A DNA stretch of 64,000 bases from Candidatus Saccharimonadia bacterium. GTDB lineage: Bacteria > Patescibacteriota > Saccharimonadia > UBA4664. Each line of letters begins with the position of its first letter. The stretch's first letter is position 1. The stretch is taken from NCBI GenBank assembly GCA_038245115.1, contig JBBRSS010000001.1, forward strand, positions 25,234 to 89,233, read 5' to 3'. Shown here in pieces: positions 36,664 to 45,748 of this stretch. Position numbers and translations under genes: made by a program. The notes under the pieces were generated by a model. That model worked only from the letters and a program-made list of their open reading frames with translations, was not told where the DNA came from and searched no databases.

Positions 36664-38424
36664 TCATGATGACGGAGGTATCCCATAATATTTAAACAGC
36701 CACCGGCAGACATCACCAAACACTGGTACTGTTGTGGTCTCGGCATACCCCGACACGCCTGGCTCATTAATCCGCACCATCACCACAAATTTTGGGTTTT
36801 CCGCCGGCGCGAAACCCACGAATGATCCGATATTCGCACCGTCAATATAGCCCTTGCCGTCTGGTCTAGGTATCTGCGCCGTTCCGGTTTTACCGGCAAT
36901 CTTATATCCCGGGTTCATCCCCCCGGCAATATAGCCAGACCCGTGCTGGACCACCACCTGAAGCATAGCGTTAAGATCTTTGGCCGCCGCGGGGCTAATT
37001 ACATGATCAGCCAAAATCTTCGACTGCTTTTGTTGCACCGTACCGTCAGGCATCATCGTCCCGTCAACCATCCGAGCCTGATACAGCCTTCCCCCATTTG
37101 CCACCGCGGCCATAGCCGCCACCATTTGAATCATCGTCACGCTCATACCCTGGCCAAAAGCCATGTTCGCATAAGTGACATTATTTCCAGCATTATTGCT
37201 TGGCTGAATTATTGAGCCCGCCGCTTCGTTAGACTGCTCAATTCCCGTCGGCACGCCAAACCCGAAGTGCTTAAGAAAGTACCCGTATAGCGTCTGTTTA
37301 CCCGCCAGGTTAAACCCGTTAGGGTCTCCGCCCAGCATCCGCAAAACGTACATTATCCCCGTATTGAGTGAATCGCGCAGCACGACCGTCATCGTCTTGC
37401 CCTTGCCCGACTTATCGCCCGCCGCATTGCACACCTGACGGTCATCAACCTTGTAGCAACCAGGGTCGTCATATGTGGAGTCGGGCTTAACCTTTCCCTG
37501 ATCCAGACCGGCGGCCATTGTAAACGCCTTCATGCCCGACCCAGGCTCGAATTGGCTCGACACTGCCTCATTCACAAACACACTAAAATCCGTAACCGAC
37601 CCATAGTTACCTGGATCGAATGTTGGATAATTCGCCATCGCCCGCACAGCCCCATTAACGGGATCCATTACCACGATACTGCCAGATTTAGCCTTAACCT
37701 TCTTAATCTGATCGGCTAACTCTTGCTCCGCCATTGCCTGAACATTTCGATCTATCGTCAGTACATAACTCAACCCATCTACCGGCGGTTTCACCACATT
37801 TTTGGCAGTGGCTATCGGGATGCCATAAGCGTCCGTTTTAGCCGCAAACTGCCCCGAAACGCCGGCCAAAGCTTTGTCCAAATAGCCCTCAATACCATAC
37901 TGACCTTGACCATCGAAGTTAACGAACCCCACTGCCTGCGCCGCCAACTGACCTTCCGGATAACTACGATAATCCCGGTCGACCAAAGCCACTCCAGCCA
38001 ACTTCAAAGCCTTAACTTTATCAGCCGTAACCGTTGGCACCCTCTCGGCCAATACGGCATATTCAATCCCTTTAGTCAGCTTGGACAAATATATCTTCGG
38101 ATCCCCGCCCAGTACACCGGCCAACTTTGCCGCCGCATCATTTTTATCCGCAATATACCTAGGGTCCGCATACACCAGCTTTAATGTTTGGTTGAGAGCT
38201 ATCGGCGAAGTCCCGTCACCATCATGCACATACAATTCTCCGCGTTTTGCGGGCATCTCGTATTTTCGGGTATGTTCATTTGACGCCTGCACAATATACC
38301 GGCCATGCTGAAAAATCTGCAGATAAACCAATCTTCCGGCCAAAATAAATCCCGACAATACCAAAATCGCCGTAAACGCGCTTATGCGTCGGCGCTGCCG
38401 TATTGCGTCATTGGAAAAACCCAT
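36664..38424 (-). CDS. ftsI: class B penicillin-binding protein (FtsI-type transpeptidase)
   Basis: The SxxK motif (SGSIVVMDP...), KTGTAQ and the dimerisation domain are present. The start was chosen at ATG 38424 (MGFSNDAIRQRRR followed by a TM segment). The listed ORF begins 84 nt upstream. Confidence 0.85.
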   Translation of the reverse strand: MGFSNDAIRQRRRISAFTAILVLSGFILAGRLVYLQIFQHGRYIVQASNEHTRKYEMPAKRGELYVHDGDGTSPIALNQTLKLVYADPRYIADKNDAAAKLAGVLGGDPKIYLSKLTKGIEYAVLAERVPTVTADKVKALKLAGVALVDRDYRSYPEGQLAAQAVGFVNFDGQGQYGIEGYLDKALAGVSGQFAAKTDAYGIPIATAKNVVKPPVDGLSYVLTIDRNVQAMAEQELADQIKKVKAKSGSIVVMDPVNGAVRAMANYPTFDPGNYGSVTDFSVFVNEAVSSQFEPGSGMKAFTMAAGLDQGKVKPDSTYDDPGCYKVDDRQVCNAAGDKSGKGKTMTVVLRDSLNTGIMYVLRMLGGDPNGFNLAGKQTLYGYFLKHFGFGVPTGIEQSNEAAGSIIQPSNNAGNNVTYANMAFGQGMSVTMIQMVAAMAAVANGGRLYQARMVDGTMMPDGTVQQKQSKILADHVISPAAAKDLNAMLQVVVQHGSGYIAGGMNPGYKIAGKTGTAQIPRPDGKGYIDGANIGSFVGFAPAENPKFVVMVRINEPGVSGYAETTTVPVFGDVCRWLFKYYGIPPSS

Positions 38425-38566
38425 TACCCTATTCCTACTGTCCCCTCTTGAGCATCCGACCATAGCTCCTGCAAATGGTGCAGCGATATATCGCAACACA
38501 ATACACACGACCTACCGGCCAATGTAGCCAAAATAATTAGAGATGGAACGTGCATTATCTTGTACG

Positions 38567-38887
38567 CTACTTAGCAAACGATACTTGACCGGATGGTACC
38601 ATACCAGCCACGCCAGCAGCAGTCTTGGTAGCGCTGATTGACTGCAACCGAGCGGCTTCAACACTCAGCTCCTGCTTTTGAGCCAGAACCTGATTGCGTT
38701 GGACCGTCAGATCGGTGACCGTATATCCGAGCCTACCCGTCTTGGTTATTTGATGCAAATATAACAAAGCCATCACACTGATTAGTGCAATAACTACAAA
38801 TGTCGCCGAGGTCGGTCCCAGTACCATACTGGCCGGCTGGCGGTACAAATTCTGATTACGGCGCGCCGTAAGTGTCGCGGTAGTCAT
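38567..38887 (-). CDS. ftsL: cell division protein FtsL-like (single TM + coiled coil)
   Basis: Small bitopic protein located between rsmH and ftsI. Confidence 0.6.
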   Translation of the reverse strand: MTTATLTARRNQNLYRQPASMVLGPTSATFVVIALISVMALLYLHQITKTGRLGYTVTDLTVQRNQVLAQKQELSVEAARLQSISATKTAAGVAGMVPSGQVSFAK

Positions 38888-39007
38888 GGCGCCTTATTCT
38901 CCTATTTTTGTTTTTTACTTTTTGTCGGACTTTTTGTTGAACACGTATTTATTGGAAGCTATGCGCGGCCCGAACATTTTTGACCGCGCATAGCCAACCG
39001 GGTGGCG

Positions 39008-39076
39008 TTATTTCTTAACGCGGATACGCTTGGTGAGGTTCACTTTGCGTGAACTACCTTGTACTTTGATGGACAT
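39008..39076 (-). CDS. candidate 22-codon basic small ORF (MSIKVQGSSRKVNLTKRIRVKK)
   Basis: Its ATG immediately follows the rsmH stop (TAAATG). The SD-like AAAGGAGG lies 7 nt upstream, inside the rsmH 3' end. It contains an internal hairpin. Confidence 0.2.
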   Translation of the reverse strand: MSIKVQGSSRKVNLTKRIRVKK

Positions 39077-40003
39077 TTAGTCCCTCCTTTTGTTTTTGTT
39101 TATTTTTTCGGCGGCTCGGAGTTTTGCACTCCTTGCGCGCGGATTGATAGCAATTTCAGTGGAATCCCCTACGACGGGTTTCGCGGTAAGCTTCCTTAGG
39201 CTAGCTTCGTGCTTACAGGTACACACGGGCTGCTTTGGGGGGCAGATGCAATCGCGGGATTCTTGGTCAAAGAACTGTTTAACAATGCGGTCTTCCAACG
39301 AATGGAAACTGATGACAGCCAGTCTTCCGCCGGGGCTCAATAGTTTTATGAGCTTTGGCAGAGCTGCTGCGAGTTGATCTAGTTCTGAGTTAACTTCAAT
39401 GCGAATCGCCTGGAATGTCCGGGTTGCCGCATCAATATCGCCTTTGAGCGCTACAGTGCGAATAACCTTGGCAAGTTCGCCGGTAGTGGCAAACGGCCTG
39501 GCTGCGACAATCATTCTGGCGACAGCCCGAGCTTTTGGCTCTTCACCGTATGTCCGAATGATGTACTCCAGGTTCTTTTCGCTCATACGGTTGACAACAT
39601 CCGCTGCCGTATACGATTGCGATTGGTCCATCCGCATGTCCAAAGTGGCGTCAGCTTTGAAGCTAAATCCTCTCCCTGCATTGTCAATTTGTGGTGACGA
39701 CACTCCCAGATCCAGCAAAATCATGTCAACCAGCTGACCTTCGTCTAGGAGCCGCTGAGCGCCTTCAAGGTAATCTGAGTGCATAACATCTGCTTGATCT
39801 CCGAACCGCTCGTACAAAGCTCGTGTAGCTTGTGCGTCGCGGTCTACCAGTATCGCCTGCCCAGTCGGGCCCAGCAACTCAATTATTGGCGCCGCGTGGC
39901 CGCCATAACCGGCCGTGCCATCAAGATACGTCTCACCCTTTTGAGGGTTAAGAAGCTCTAAGACTTGGTCGAGCAATACAGGTTGGTGTGTTGGAGTGTT
40001 CAT
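39077..40003 (-). CDS. rsmH: 16S rRNA (cytosine1402-N4)-methyltransferase
   Basis: The MraW family N-terminus PVLLDQVLELL...YLDGTAGYGGH is present. The start was chosen at ATG 40003, which is preceded by AGGTGA. Confidence 0.9.
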   Translation of the reverse strand: MNTPTHQPVLLDQVLELLNPQKGETYLDGTAGYGGHAAPIIELLGPTGQAILVDRDAQATRALYERFGDQADVMHSDYLEGAQRLLDEGQLVDMILLDLGVSSPQIDNAGRGFSFKADATLDMRMDQSQSYTAADVVNRMSEKNLEYIIRTYGEEPKARAVARMIVAARPFATTGELAKVIRTVALKGDIDAATRTFQAIRIEVNSELDQLAAALPKLIKLLSPGGRLAVISFHSLEDRIVKQFFDQESRDCICPPKQPVCTCKHEASLRKLTAKPVVGDSTEIAINPRARSAKLRAAEKINKNKRRD

Positions 40004-40133
40004 TTTCAAGGTCACCTATTCAGCAGCCAGCTTTTTATTTAAGCGTTTTTGTTTTTTGATTCGCTTTTTTTGACTCTAGCGAACAAGAGTGGAGTTTGCC
40101 AGGTCTCACTTGGAGTCCCGGCTAGTGTGGTAA

Positions 40134-40165
40134 GGAATTATCATTCAGTTCGAATTGATAATTCC
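40134..40165. repeat. inverted repeat GGAATTATCA-N12-TGATAATTCC in 300-nt mraZ-rsmH spacer
   Basis: Perfect 10-bp arms are visible in the sequence. Confidence 0.6.
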
Positions 40166-40323
40166 TAAAAAAGAGTGTGTTGTGAGGTGGAGTTTACGAT
40201 CGGAAGTACGAGGCTGATTTTTGTAGCAGGAGCCTAAGGGCTGCCGTGCTGACTGCCGAATAGCTGCCTTTAAAATGTTTGTATTGGTTTTTGAAGGTTC
40301 TTTTTTTTGGTAAAAAACTAAAT

Positions 40324-40680
40324 TTAAGGTTTTGCGGTGAGGCGCCAGTATTTGCCTGCCCTTACCGCGGTCACTTCTTTGCCGATTCCTGCGTACTCAA
40401 GGAAGTGTTGCTCGATGGTAATCCGACCTTGCTTGGCATCCATGCCACTGATCGTCTTACCGCTTCTAAATTGAACGTTGAGATCGGCTGTACGCTCATC
40501 TAGGATATCACCTTTTAAGGCAAATTCCATCTCTTCGTTCCAGATTTTTTCAGTGTACAGATGCAGGTATTTAGCGAACCCCCTGGTAATAACCACTCGG
40601 CCACCTTCGAATTCATGACGTAACTCTGACGGAATCGTCAGGCGGTTCTTGTCATCAAGTTTTCTTTCGAAGAAGTCCAT
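40324..40680 (-). CDS. mraZ: transcriptional regulator MraZ
   Basis: Tandem MraZ/SpoVT-AbrB half-domains are present (DEKNRLTIPSELR and GRITIEQHFLEYAGI). The start was chosen at ATG 40680 with an AGGAA RBS. Confidence 0.85.
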   Translation of the reverse strand: MDFFERKLDDKNRLTIPSELRHEFEGGRVVITRGFAKYLHLYTEKIWNEEMEFALKGDILDERTADLNVQFRSGKTISGMDAKQGRITIEQHFLEYAGIGKEVTAVRAGKYWRLTAKP

Positions 40681-40718
40681 ATTGTGATTCCTACCGTGGT
40701 GTGTGCTACCCACTGCAA

Positions 40719-40754
40719 CCCACTGAAGCCAGTATAATCCCCTATTCTACCCAC
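40719..40754 (-). promoter_or_regulatory. three GTGGG direct repeats (MraZ-box-like) upstream of mraZ
   Basis: On the minus strand the repeats read GTGGGtagaa...GTGGGttgcaGTGGG. They lie 40-75 nt upstream of the mraZ start. Confidence 0.5.
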
Positions 40755-40930
40755 TGTCTATAGTAATGTTATCCACACATTAATCGAACGCTATTTGTCG
40801 TATTTTGGACACAAATATACCCTCCCGAAATGGAAGGGTATATTTGTGCTTATGCTCAGGCTAGCTGAGCCAAGGGCGCCAATTACACGTTACGGGGCCG
40901 AGACCCCGCAAGTGCAATTATCCAGGGCGA

Positions 40931-42178
40931 TTAGTCTTGGTCGGTCGGCTGACCCTTACCACGCAGGGCATCCAGTACAGACTTGCGCGAGCGCAGGTAA
41001 GCACGTGAGGCGTATCCAATAGCGGTCAATCCGGCTACGCCGCCGAATACGGTCTCGGGACCGGTAGCGGGCAGGCTAGCACTCAATACTTGACCGGTAG
41101 GCGTAGGCGTAGGTACGGGAGTCGGCGTTGAAGTCGGCCCGGTCACTATCACTTTGGCACTGCAAGCTTCGCTAACGGCAGTGATGCCGGCAGTCGTCTT
41201 AACTTGTGCGTGAACATTCCACGTGCCTTCACCAAGCGTATACTCGGTGAAATTCTGACTAGCGTTAATGTCCTTAACGTCTGGAGTCGTACTACCTCCC
41301 CCGCTCAGCTCACGGCTGACGGAGAAGCGATAACCCGAAATTTCAACATTCTCAACCTGGCTCTTGACCGTAAATCTAAACACATCAGGGTGGTTTACCT
41401 TATCGGTTTGGCTTGGGGTAAGCAGTACGCAAGCGAACGAATGTTCGGGTGCGGGCGTAGGCTTAGGGGTTGGAGTCGGAGTAGGCGTAGGCTTAGGGGT
41501 TGGAGTCGGTGCGGGTGTAGGCGTAGGTGTAGGTGTAGGTGTAGGCGTGGGTGTAGGCGTGGGCTTAGGGGTCGGAACTGGCGTCGGTGTCGGCGTCGGC
41601 TTAGGCGTAGGCTTAGGAGTAGGCTTAGGGGTCGGGGCTGGGGTCGGAGTTGGGTGAATTGTCGAATTTGCCCGTACCGGGTTACCGCACGACTTAATGA
41701 TCGCGTAGTGGAAAGTCCCACCCTCTATATCCACGTAGGCCGGAATAGAATTTGAGGCAAACGACACTGATGTCGCCCGCTCCCAAACGGTTCCGCTCTT
41801 AGTTGATCCGGCCATATAACTGCGACCGACGCTCTTTGCGCCAGTAGCTACGGTTTTACCGTTAACCTCAATGTGACCATCTTTAAAGACAGTCCCATCT
41901 ACGGTGGAGCTAGACAGAAAGTTAGCCTGGGTAATCCCGCGGCCTTCATTATAATAAATGTGCTTCAGGCTGGCAGACGAGTTCTTGGTATCGCCGTTCG
42001 TAACCTTGTTGAGCCATTCGGTTTTCGAATAAGCCCCGTTAAACATGACGGCATTAGCGTCCCTGTCGCGCGGCTGAGAGACGGCTGCGGCAATACCCGG
42101 AGCCACCAAACCCGCTACGATCAGCGTTAAAGCGAACAAGCGCGAAGCTTTTGTTCCTAATTTAGTAAAGATAGACAT
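40931..42178 (-). CDS. LPXTG-anchored surface protein with long Pro-Thr/Lys linker
   Basis: The N-terminal signal peptide is followed by a globular domain and then a (PT/PK)n linker. The C-terminal LPATG is followed by a hydrophobic stretch and an RSRK tail, which together form a sortase sorting signal. Confidence 0.8.
   Translation of the reverse strand: MSIFTKLGTKASRLFALTLIVAGLVAPGIAAAVSQPRDRDANAVMFNGAYSKTEWLNKVTNGDTKNSSASLKHIYYNEGRGITQANFLSSSTVDGTVFKDGHIEVNGKTVATGAKSVGRSYMAGSTKSGTVWERATSVSFASNSIPAYVDIEGGTFHYAIIKSCGNPVRANSTIHPTPTPAPTPKPTPKPTPKPTPTPTPVPTPKPTPTPTPTPTPTPTPTPAPTPTPKPTPTPTPTPKPTPAPEHSFACVLLTPSQTDKVNHPDVFRFTVKSQVENVEISGYRFSVSRELSGGGSTTPDVKDINASQNFTEYTLGEGTWNVHAQVKTTAGITAVSEACSAKVIVTGPTSTPTPVPTPTPTGQVLSASLPATGPETVFGGVAGLTAIGYASRAYLRSRKSVLDALRGKGQPTDQD
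41440..41660. repeat. imperfect tandem repeats (6-nt and ~30-nt periods) encoding the PT-rich linker
   Basis: ggcgtaggcttaggggttggagtcgg is duplicated, and there are runs of ggtgta/ggcgtc. Confidence 0.7.
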
Positions 42179-42340
42179 TATTTTGGCTCCTTATTATAAG
42201 TGACATGAATTGAAAAACCGATGAGTTTATCGCGGGTTCCCAGATCACAACATCTAGATGAAACACTGTAGCACAATATATCAATCATGTCAATACTTAA
42301 CGGCTATGGTTACTTAAGCGGCGCCATTGTTTATAGAGCT

Positions 42341-43618
42341 CTAATTAAAATTCAGCTGTTTCGCATAAACGCCTACCGCGTCATCATTTAAGCGACCAAG
42401 TAAACTCAAACCCGTGCTATTCGTATCGACTATCATTTGGGCGACCCGAGCAACATCATCAAGACTTACCGTACGCAACCGAGCCAATTCAACATCGAAA
42501 TCCCTGATCTCGTCCGTATCGTCATATCTGTCGATATACCAATTTAATACATCGCCCGCAGTTTGCGTCGACCTGGTAATTGAGCCCACGAGCAAGTTCT
42601 GAGCCGCTTCAAGCTCGCCGGCAGTAGCCTCGCCCGAACCAACTTCACGCATATTCCGGTTAATAACCTCATACAACGCCTTAGCATTTGGCTCTGTAAC
42701 ATATCCGGTGAATCCAAAAGTACTATTACCCGGCTCACTATAAGCCATCGCACCTACCGAATACGCCAGACCGCGCCTTCTGGCCTCGCCAAGCACCCTG
42801 GAACCCATTCCTCCGACCAACAACATCCGCAACAATGCCAATGCCGCCTGTTGACCAATATTAAGCTCACCAAAATACATCCCGGTCCGATAATATATCT
42901 GCTCAATATCGCGCTTAGTCACAATTGGCTCCTCCACCCTCAATCCCCTGTCACGGATCAGTTCCAATCGCTTGCCACGTGGCAACCGCGCAAATATCTG
43001 CTCAAATCGATCCGCCACCGCCCGACCGCCATCAGCAAAACCGCCCGAAACATAAAACCTGGCATTACGCGCCGTATGAGTGGCATAATAGTGACCTTCC
43101 AGCTGCTCCAGCTTAATAGCGTCCAACTGGGCAATCCGCTCTTCGTAGCCCTTCCACTGCTTCGGAAAAGCTTGCTCAGACAACTTAATTGCACAGACCG
43201 ACATGTGCTGGGTGGTATTGCGGGTCAGCTCCTCCCGTACATTGCTTTTTTCGGCCACAAACGGCTCGTCGGCAAATAATGGCTCAGTTACCTGCTCCTC
43301 GATCAAATCCATGATTCGGTCCAACTCAAAGTTAGCGAATTCATAAATATAATCATTCGTATCGGCGCTGGTTGACGCATTACCATAAGCACCGTTCTTC
43401 TGCACGTCAATCATGAATGCATTGGGCTCAGCATGCCGCTTCGTCACGGTAGCCAACAAGTGTTCCATAATGTGCGCGACCTCATATGCACCAGGCTCGC
43501 AAAACTGGAAACCTGAACGAAATGACACCCGCACGTTCACCACTGTACTCCCGGGCACATCGACCACCAGCCCCTTGGCCCCGCTCGCTAATTTGTGCTC
43601 ATGCACGGTATGTTTCAT
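42341..43618 (-). CDS. M16 family zinc peptidase (insulinase/pitrilysin-like)
   Basis: The inverted zinc-binding motif HxxEH (HIMEHLL) is present near the N-terminus. Confidence 0.75.
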   Translation of the reverse strand: MKHTVHEHKLASGAKGLVVDVPGSTVVNVRVSFRSGFQFCEPGAYEVAHIMEHLLATVTKRHAEPNAFMIDVQKNGAYGNASTSADTNDYIYEFANFELDRIMDLIEEQVTEPLFADEPFVAEKSNVREELTRNTTQHMSVCAIKLSEQAFPKQWKGYEERIAQLDAIKLEQLEGHYYATHTARNARFYVSGGFADGGRAVADRFEQIFARLPRGKRLELIRDRGLRVEEPIVTKRDIEQIYYRTGMYFGELNIGQQAALALLRMLLVGGMGSRVLGEARRRGLAYSVGAMAYSEPGNSTFGFTGYVTEPNAKALYEVINRNMREVGSGEATAGELEAAQNLLVGSITRSTQTAGDVLNWYIDRYDDTDEIRDFDVELARLRTVSLDDVARVAQMIVDTNSTGLSLLGRLNDDAVGVYAKQLNFN

Positions 43619-43636
43619 ATATTTTCCTCGCGCTAC

Positions 43637-44458
43637 TTACTTACCCGTTACTATTCCACCCAATAATCGCAACCATAAAGCTTCCGGCAGCCAGCGCCGA
43701 GCATATCCGAGGTATCGGGCCTGGCCTAAAGGATATCGCAACTTGAACGACCTCCCCGTTGCAGCTCTAAATATTGTTGTCGCCACGATATCAACTGACA
43801 ACCCGTGATTTGCCAAATTTACTCCATAAACTTCATCTGTCGGCTGCCCCTTTGCTGACGATGACAACCCGCGCACCGCTCCAAACCTTAAGCTTGACCA
43901 AAATCCCGTGTTTACACCGCTAGGTTCAACTAATTTTACCTTAATGTTACTAGGTGCTAGCTCCATAGCCAATGACTCGAACATCCCCTCGAGGGCAAAC
44001 TTTGACGCCGCATATAGGCTGTACCCCGAAAATCCCATTATTCCCGACAAGCTCGAAACGCCAACAATTGCCCCGTAACCCTGCTGCTTCATCAATGGCA
44101 CTGTATGCCGAACAAGCTCGGCCGGAGCCAGAGTATTAACTATCATTTGTTCGTTCATTTGAGCATAATCCAACGTTTCTATTCGACCCACAAGCCCATA
44201 GCCGGCATTACATACGAGCACATCCAGTCGACCATATGTTCGCCACGCGGTTCCTACTACCCGCGCAAGATCCCTAGGCTTGAGCATATCCGCGATTTGA
44301 AAATCAAACTGCATCCCCCTGAGGGAGGCCGAACGCACCCTTCCCCGCACCGTTCCAACAACAATCCAGCCATCCGCGGCAAACCGTTTTGCCGTAGCCA
44401 AACCAATGCCACCCGATACACCCGTTATTAGCACCACCGGCTTGGATGCACGTTTCAT
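43637..44458 (-). CDS. short-chain dehydrogenase/reductase
   Basis: The TGVSGGIG Rossmann motif and the catalytic YAASK are present. Confidence 0.8.
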   Translation of the reverse strand: MKRASKPVVLITGVSGGIGLATAKRFAADGWIVVGTVRGRVRSASLRGMQFDFQIADMLKPRDLARVVGTAWRTYGRLDVLVCNAGYGLVGRIETLDYAQMNEQMIVNTLAPAELVRHTVPLMKQQGYGAIVGVSSLSGIMGFSGYSLYAASKFALEGMFESLAMELAPSNIKVKLVEPSGVNTGFWSSLRFGAVRGLSSSAKGQPTDEVYGVNLANHGLSVDIVATTIFRAATGRSFKLRYPLGQARYLGYARRWLPEALWLRLLGGIVTGK

Positions 44459-44461
44459 CTT

Positions 44462-45748
44462 TTAAACCTCAGCCAAAACCGTAGCCTTAAATTGATCGCC
44501 TCGGTCCTTATAATTTCTAAATAATCCAAACGACGCACAGGCCGGGGACAACAATACGACGTCACCAGGCCTGGCCGCCTTCCGCGCCGCTCCGACAATC
44601 GCCGCCATCGTTACGCCGCCGTCTCTCACTCGAGTGTACCCTGCTTCTGCCAACTCGGCTCGCAACACCCCCGCCATCTCGCCGATCAAGATGACCTCAC
44701 GAACATCCCCTTGCGCAACGCCCTTAATCAATTCCCTATAATCAGATTTTTTATCCGAGCCACCAAGTATCAATACCTTAGGGCCGTCAAACGATGCCAC
44801 TGCCGCCATTGCCGTTTCGGGCGTAGTCGAAAACGAATCATCATAGTATTGAACGTCATCTATTTCTCGAACAAATTCTAAGCGATGTTCTAGCCCCTTA
44901 AAGCCACTGATTGCGCGTCGTATCGCCACCGTTTCAACCCCGCCAACTTCATGAGCCGCCGTTACCGCCGCACAAATATTCTCCAGATTATGCCGCCCGA
45001 TCAGCCCCGTATCGCAAGTTGCACAAATAGCGTCTTCGCCCAGCATCACGTTACCGTCCTTCACATATGCCCCCGGAGGGCTCATGTACGGAATTTTTCT
45101 TCCCGGCGACAACAGAGCTATTTGAGTAGAAAAATCATTACCGACATTAAAGACCGCTATATCCGTTGGCCGTTGATGCCAAAATAAATTGCCCTTAGCT
45201 GCCACGTACTCACGAATGCCGCTATGCCAATCCATGTGCTCCGCCACCACCATCAAACAAACCGCAATATGCGGGCTGGCATCTAAGTCCATGAGCTGAA
45301 AACTTGATAATTCGAGCACCACAATATCACTGGCCTTCACTTTGGCCAAAAAATCCAATGGCGAACGGCCAATATTGCCGCCCAGCCAAACACGCTTGCC
45401 CGCCTCCTCCAGAATTCTGACTATCAAACTTGCGGTAGTCCCCTTCCCTTTCGTACCCGTCACCCCAATAATTCTAGCTGGGCACTTCTGAAAAAACTCA
45501 TTTGTACCAGTAGTAACGGTCGTCTTGGTCTTGATGTCGTTCGGATTTACTCCTGGAGAACGCACAACCAAATCGTATTCATTCAAACCCTTTAAATAAT
45601 CGGCGCCGAGCACAGTCTGAACTCCCTTTGGAGCCGATATATCCGTCGACTTATCACGAATAGTCACGCTCGAGCCAAGCTCACTCCAATATCGAGCGGC
45701 AGCCATTCCCTCGATGCCGCCGCCAATAATGGCTACATTCATCTTCAT
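44462..45748 (-). CDS. murD: UDP-N-acetylmuramoylalanine--D-glutamate ligase
   Basis: A Rossmann-like N-domain and the P-loop GVTGTKGKGTT are present, with a Mur ligase C-domain. It is located away from the dcw cluster. Confidence 0.8.
   Translation of the reverse strand: MKMNVAIIGGGIEGMAAARYWSELGSSVTIRDKSTDISAPKGVQTVLGADYLKGLNEYDLVVRSPGVNPNDIKTKTTVTTGTNEFFQKCPARIIGVTGTKGKGTTASLIVRILEEAGKRVWLGGNIGRSPLDFLAKVKASDIVVLELSSFQLMDLDASPHIAVCLMVVAEHMDWHSGIREYVAAKGNLFWHQRPTDIAVFNVGNDFSTQIALLSPGRKIPYMSPPGAYVKDGNVMLGEDAICATCDTGLIGRHNLENICAAVTAAHEVGGVETVAIRRAISGFKGLEHRLEFVREIDDVQYYDDSFSTTPETAMAAVASFDGPKVLILGGSDKKSDYRELIKGVAQGDVREVILIGEMAGVLRAELAEAGYTRVRDGGVTMAAIVGAARKAARPGDVVLLSPACASFGLFRNYKDRGDQFKATVLAEV

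Noticed and set aside
40016-40323. Possible ORF or ncRNA of known class in the 300-nt mraZ-rsmH spacer
   Set aside because: There is no ORF of 60 codons or more and no recognisable RNA family motif. Only the inverted repeat and scattered short hairpins are present, and these are reported as a finding rather than as a feature call.
41204-41755. Plus-strand ORFs (183 aa RRCRCR-rich; 97 aa GVGVGV-rich) antisense to the LPXTG gene
   Set aside because: They are antisense artefacts of the PT-repeat DNA. The minus-strand reading gives a coherent signal-peptide + LPXTG protein.
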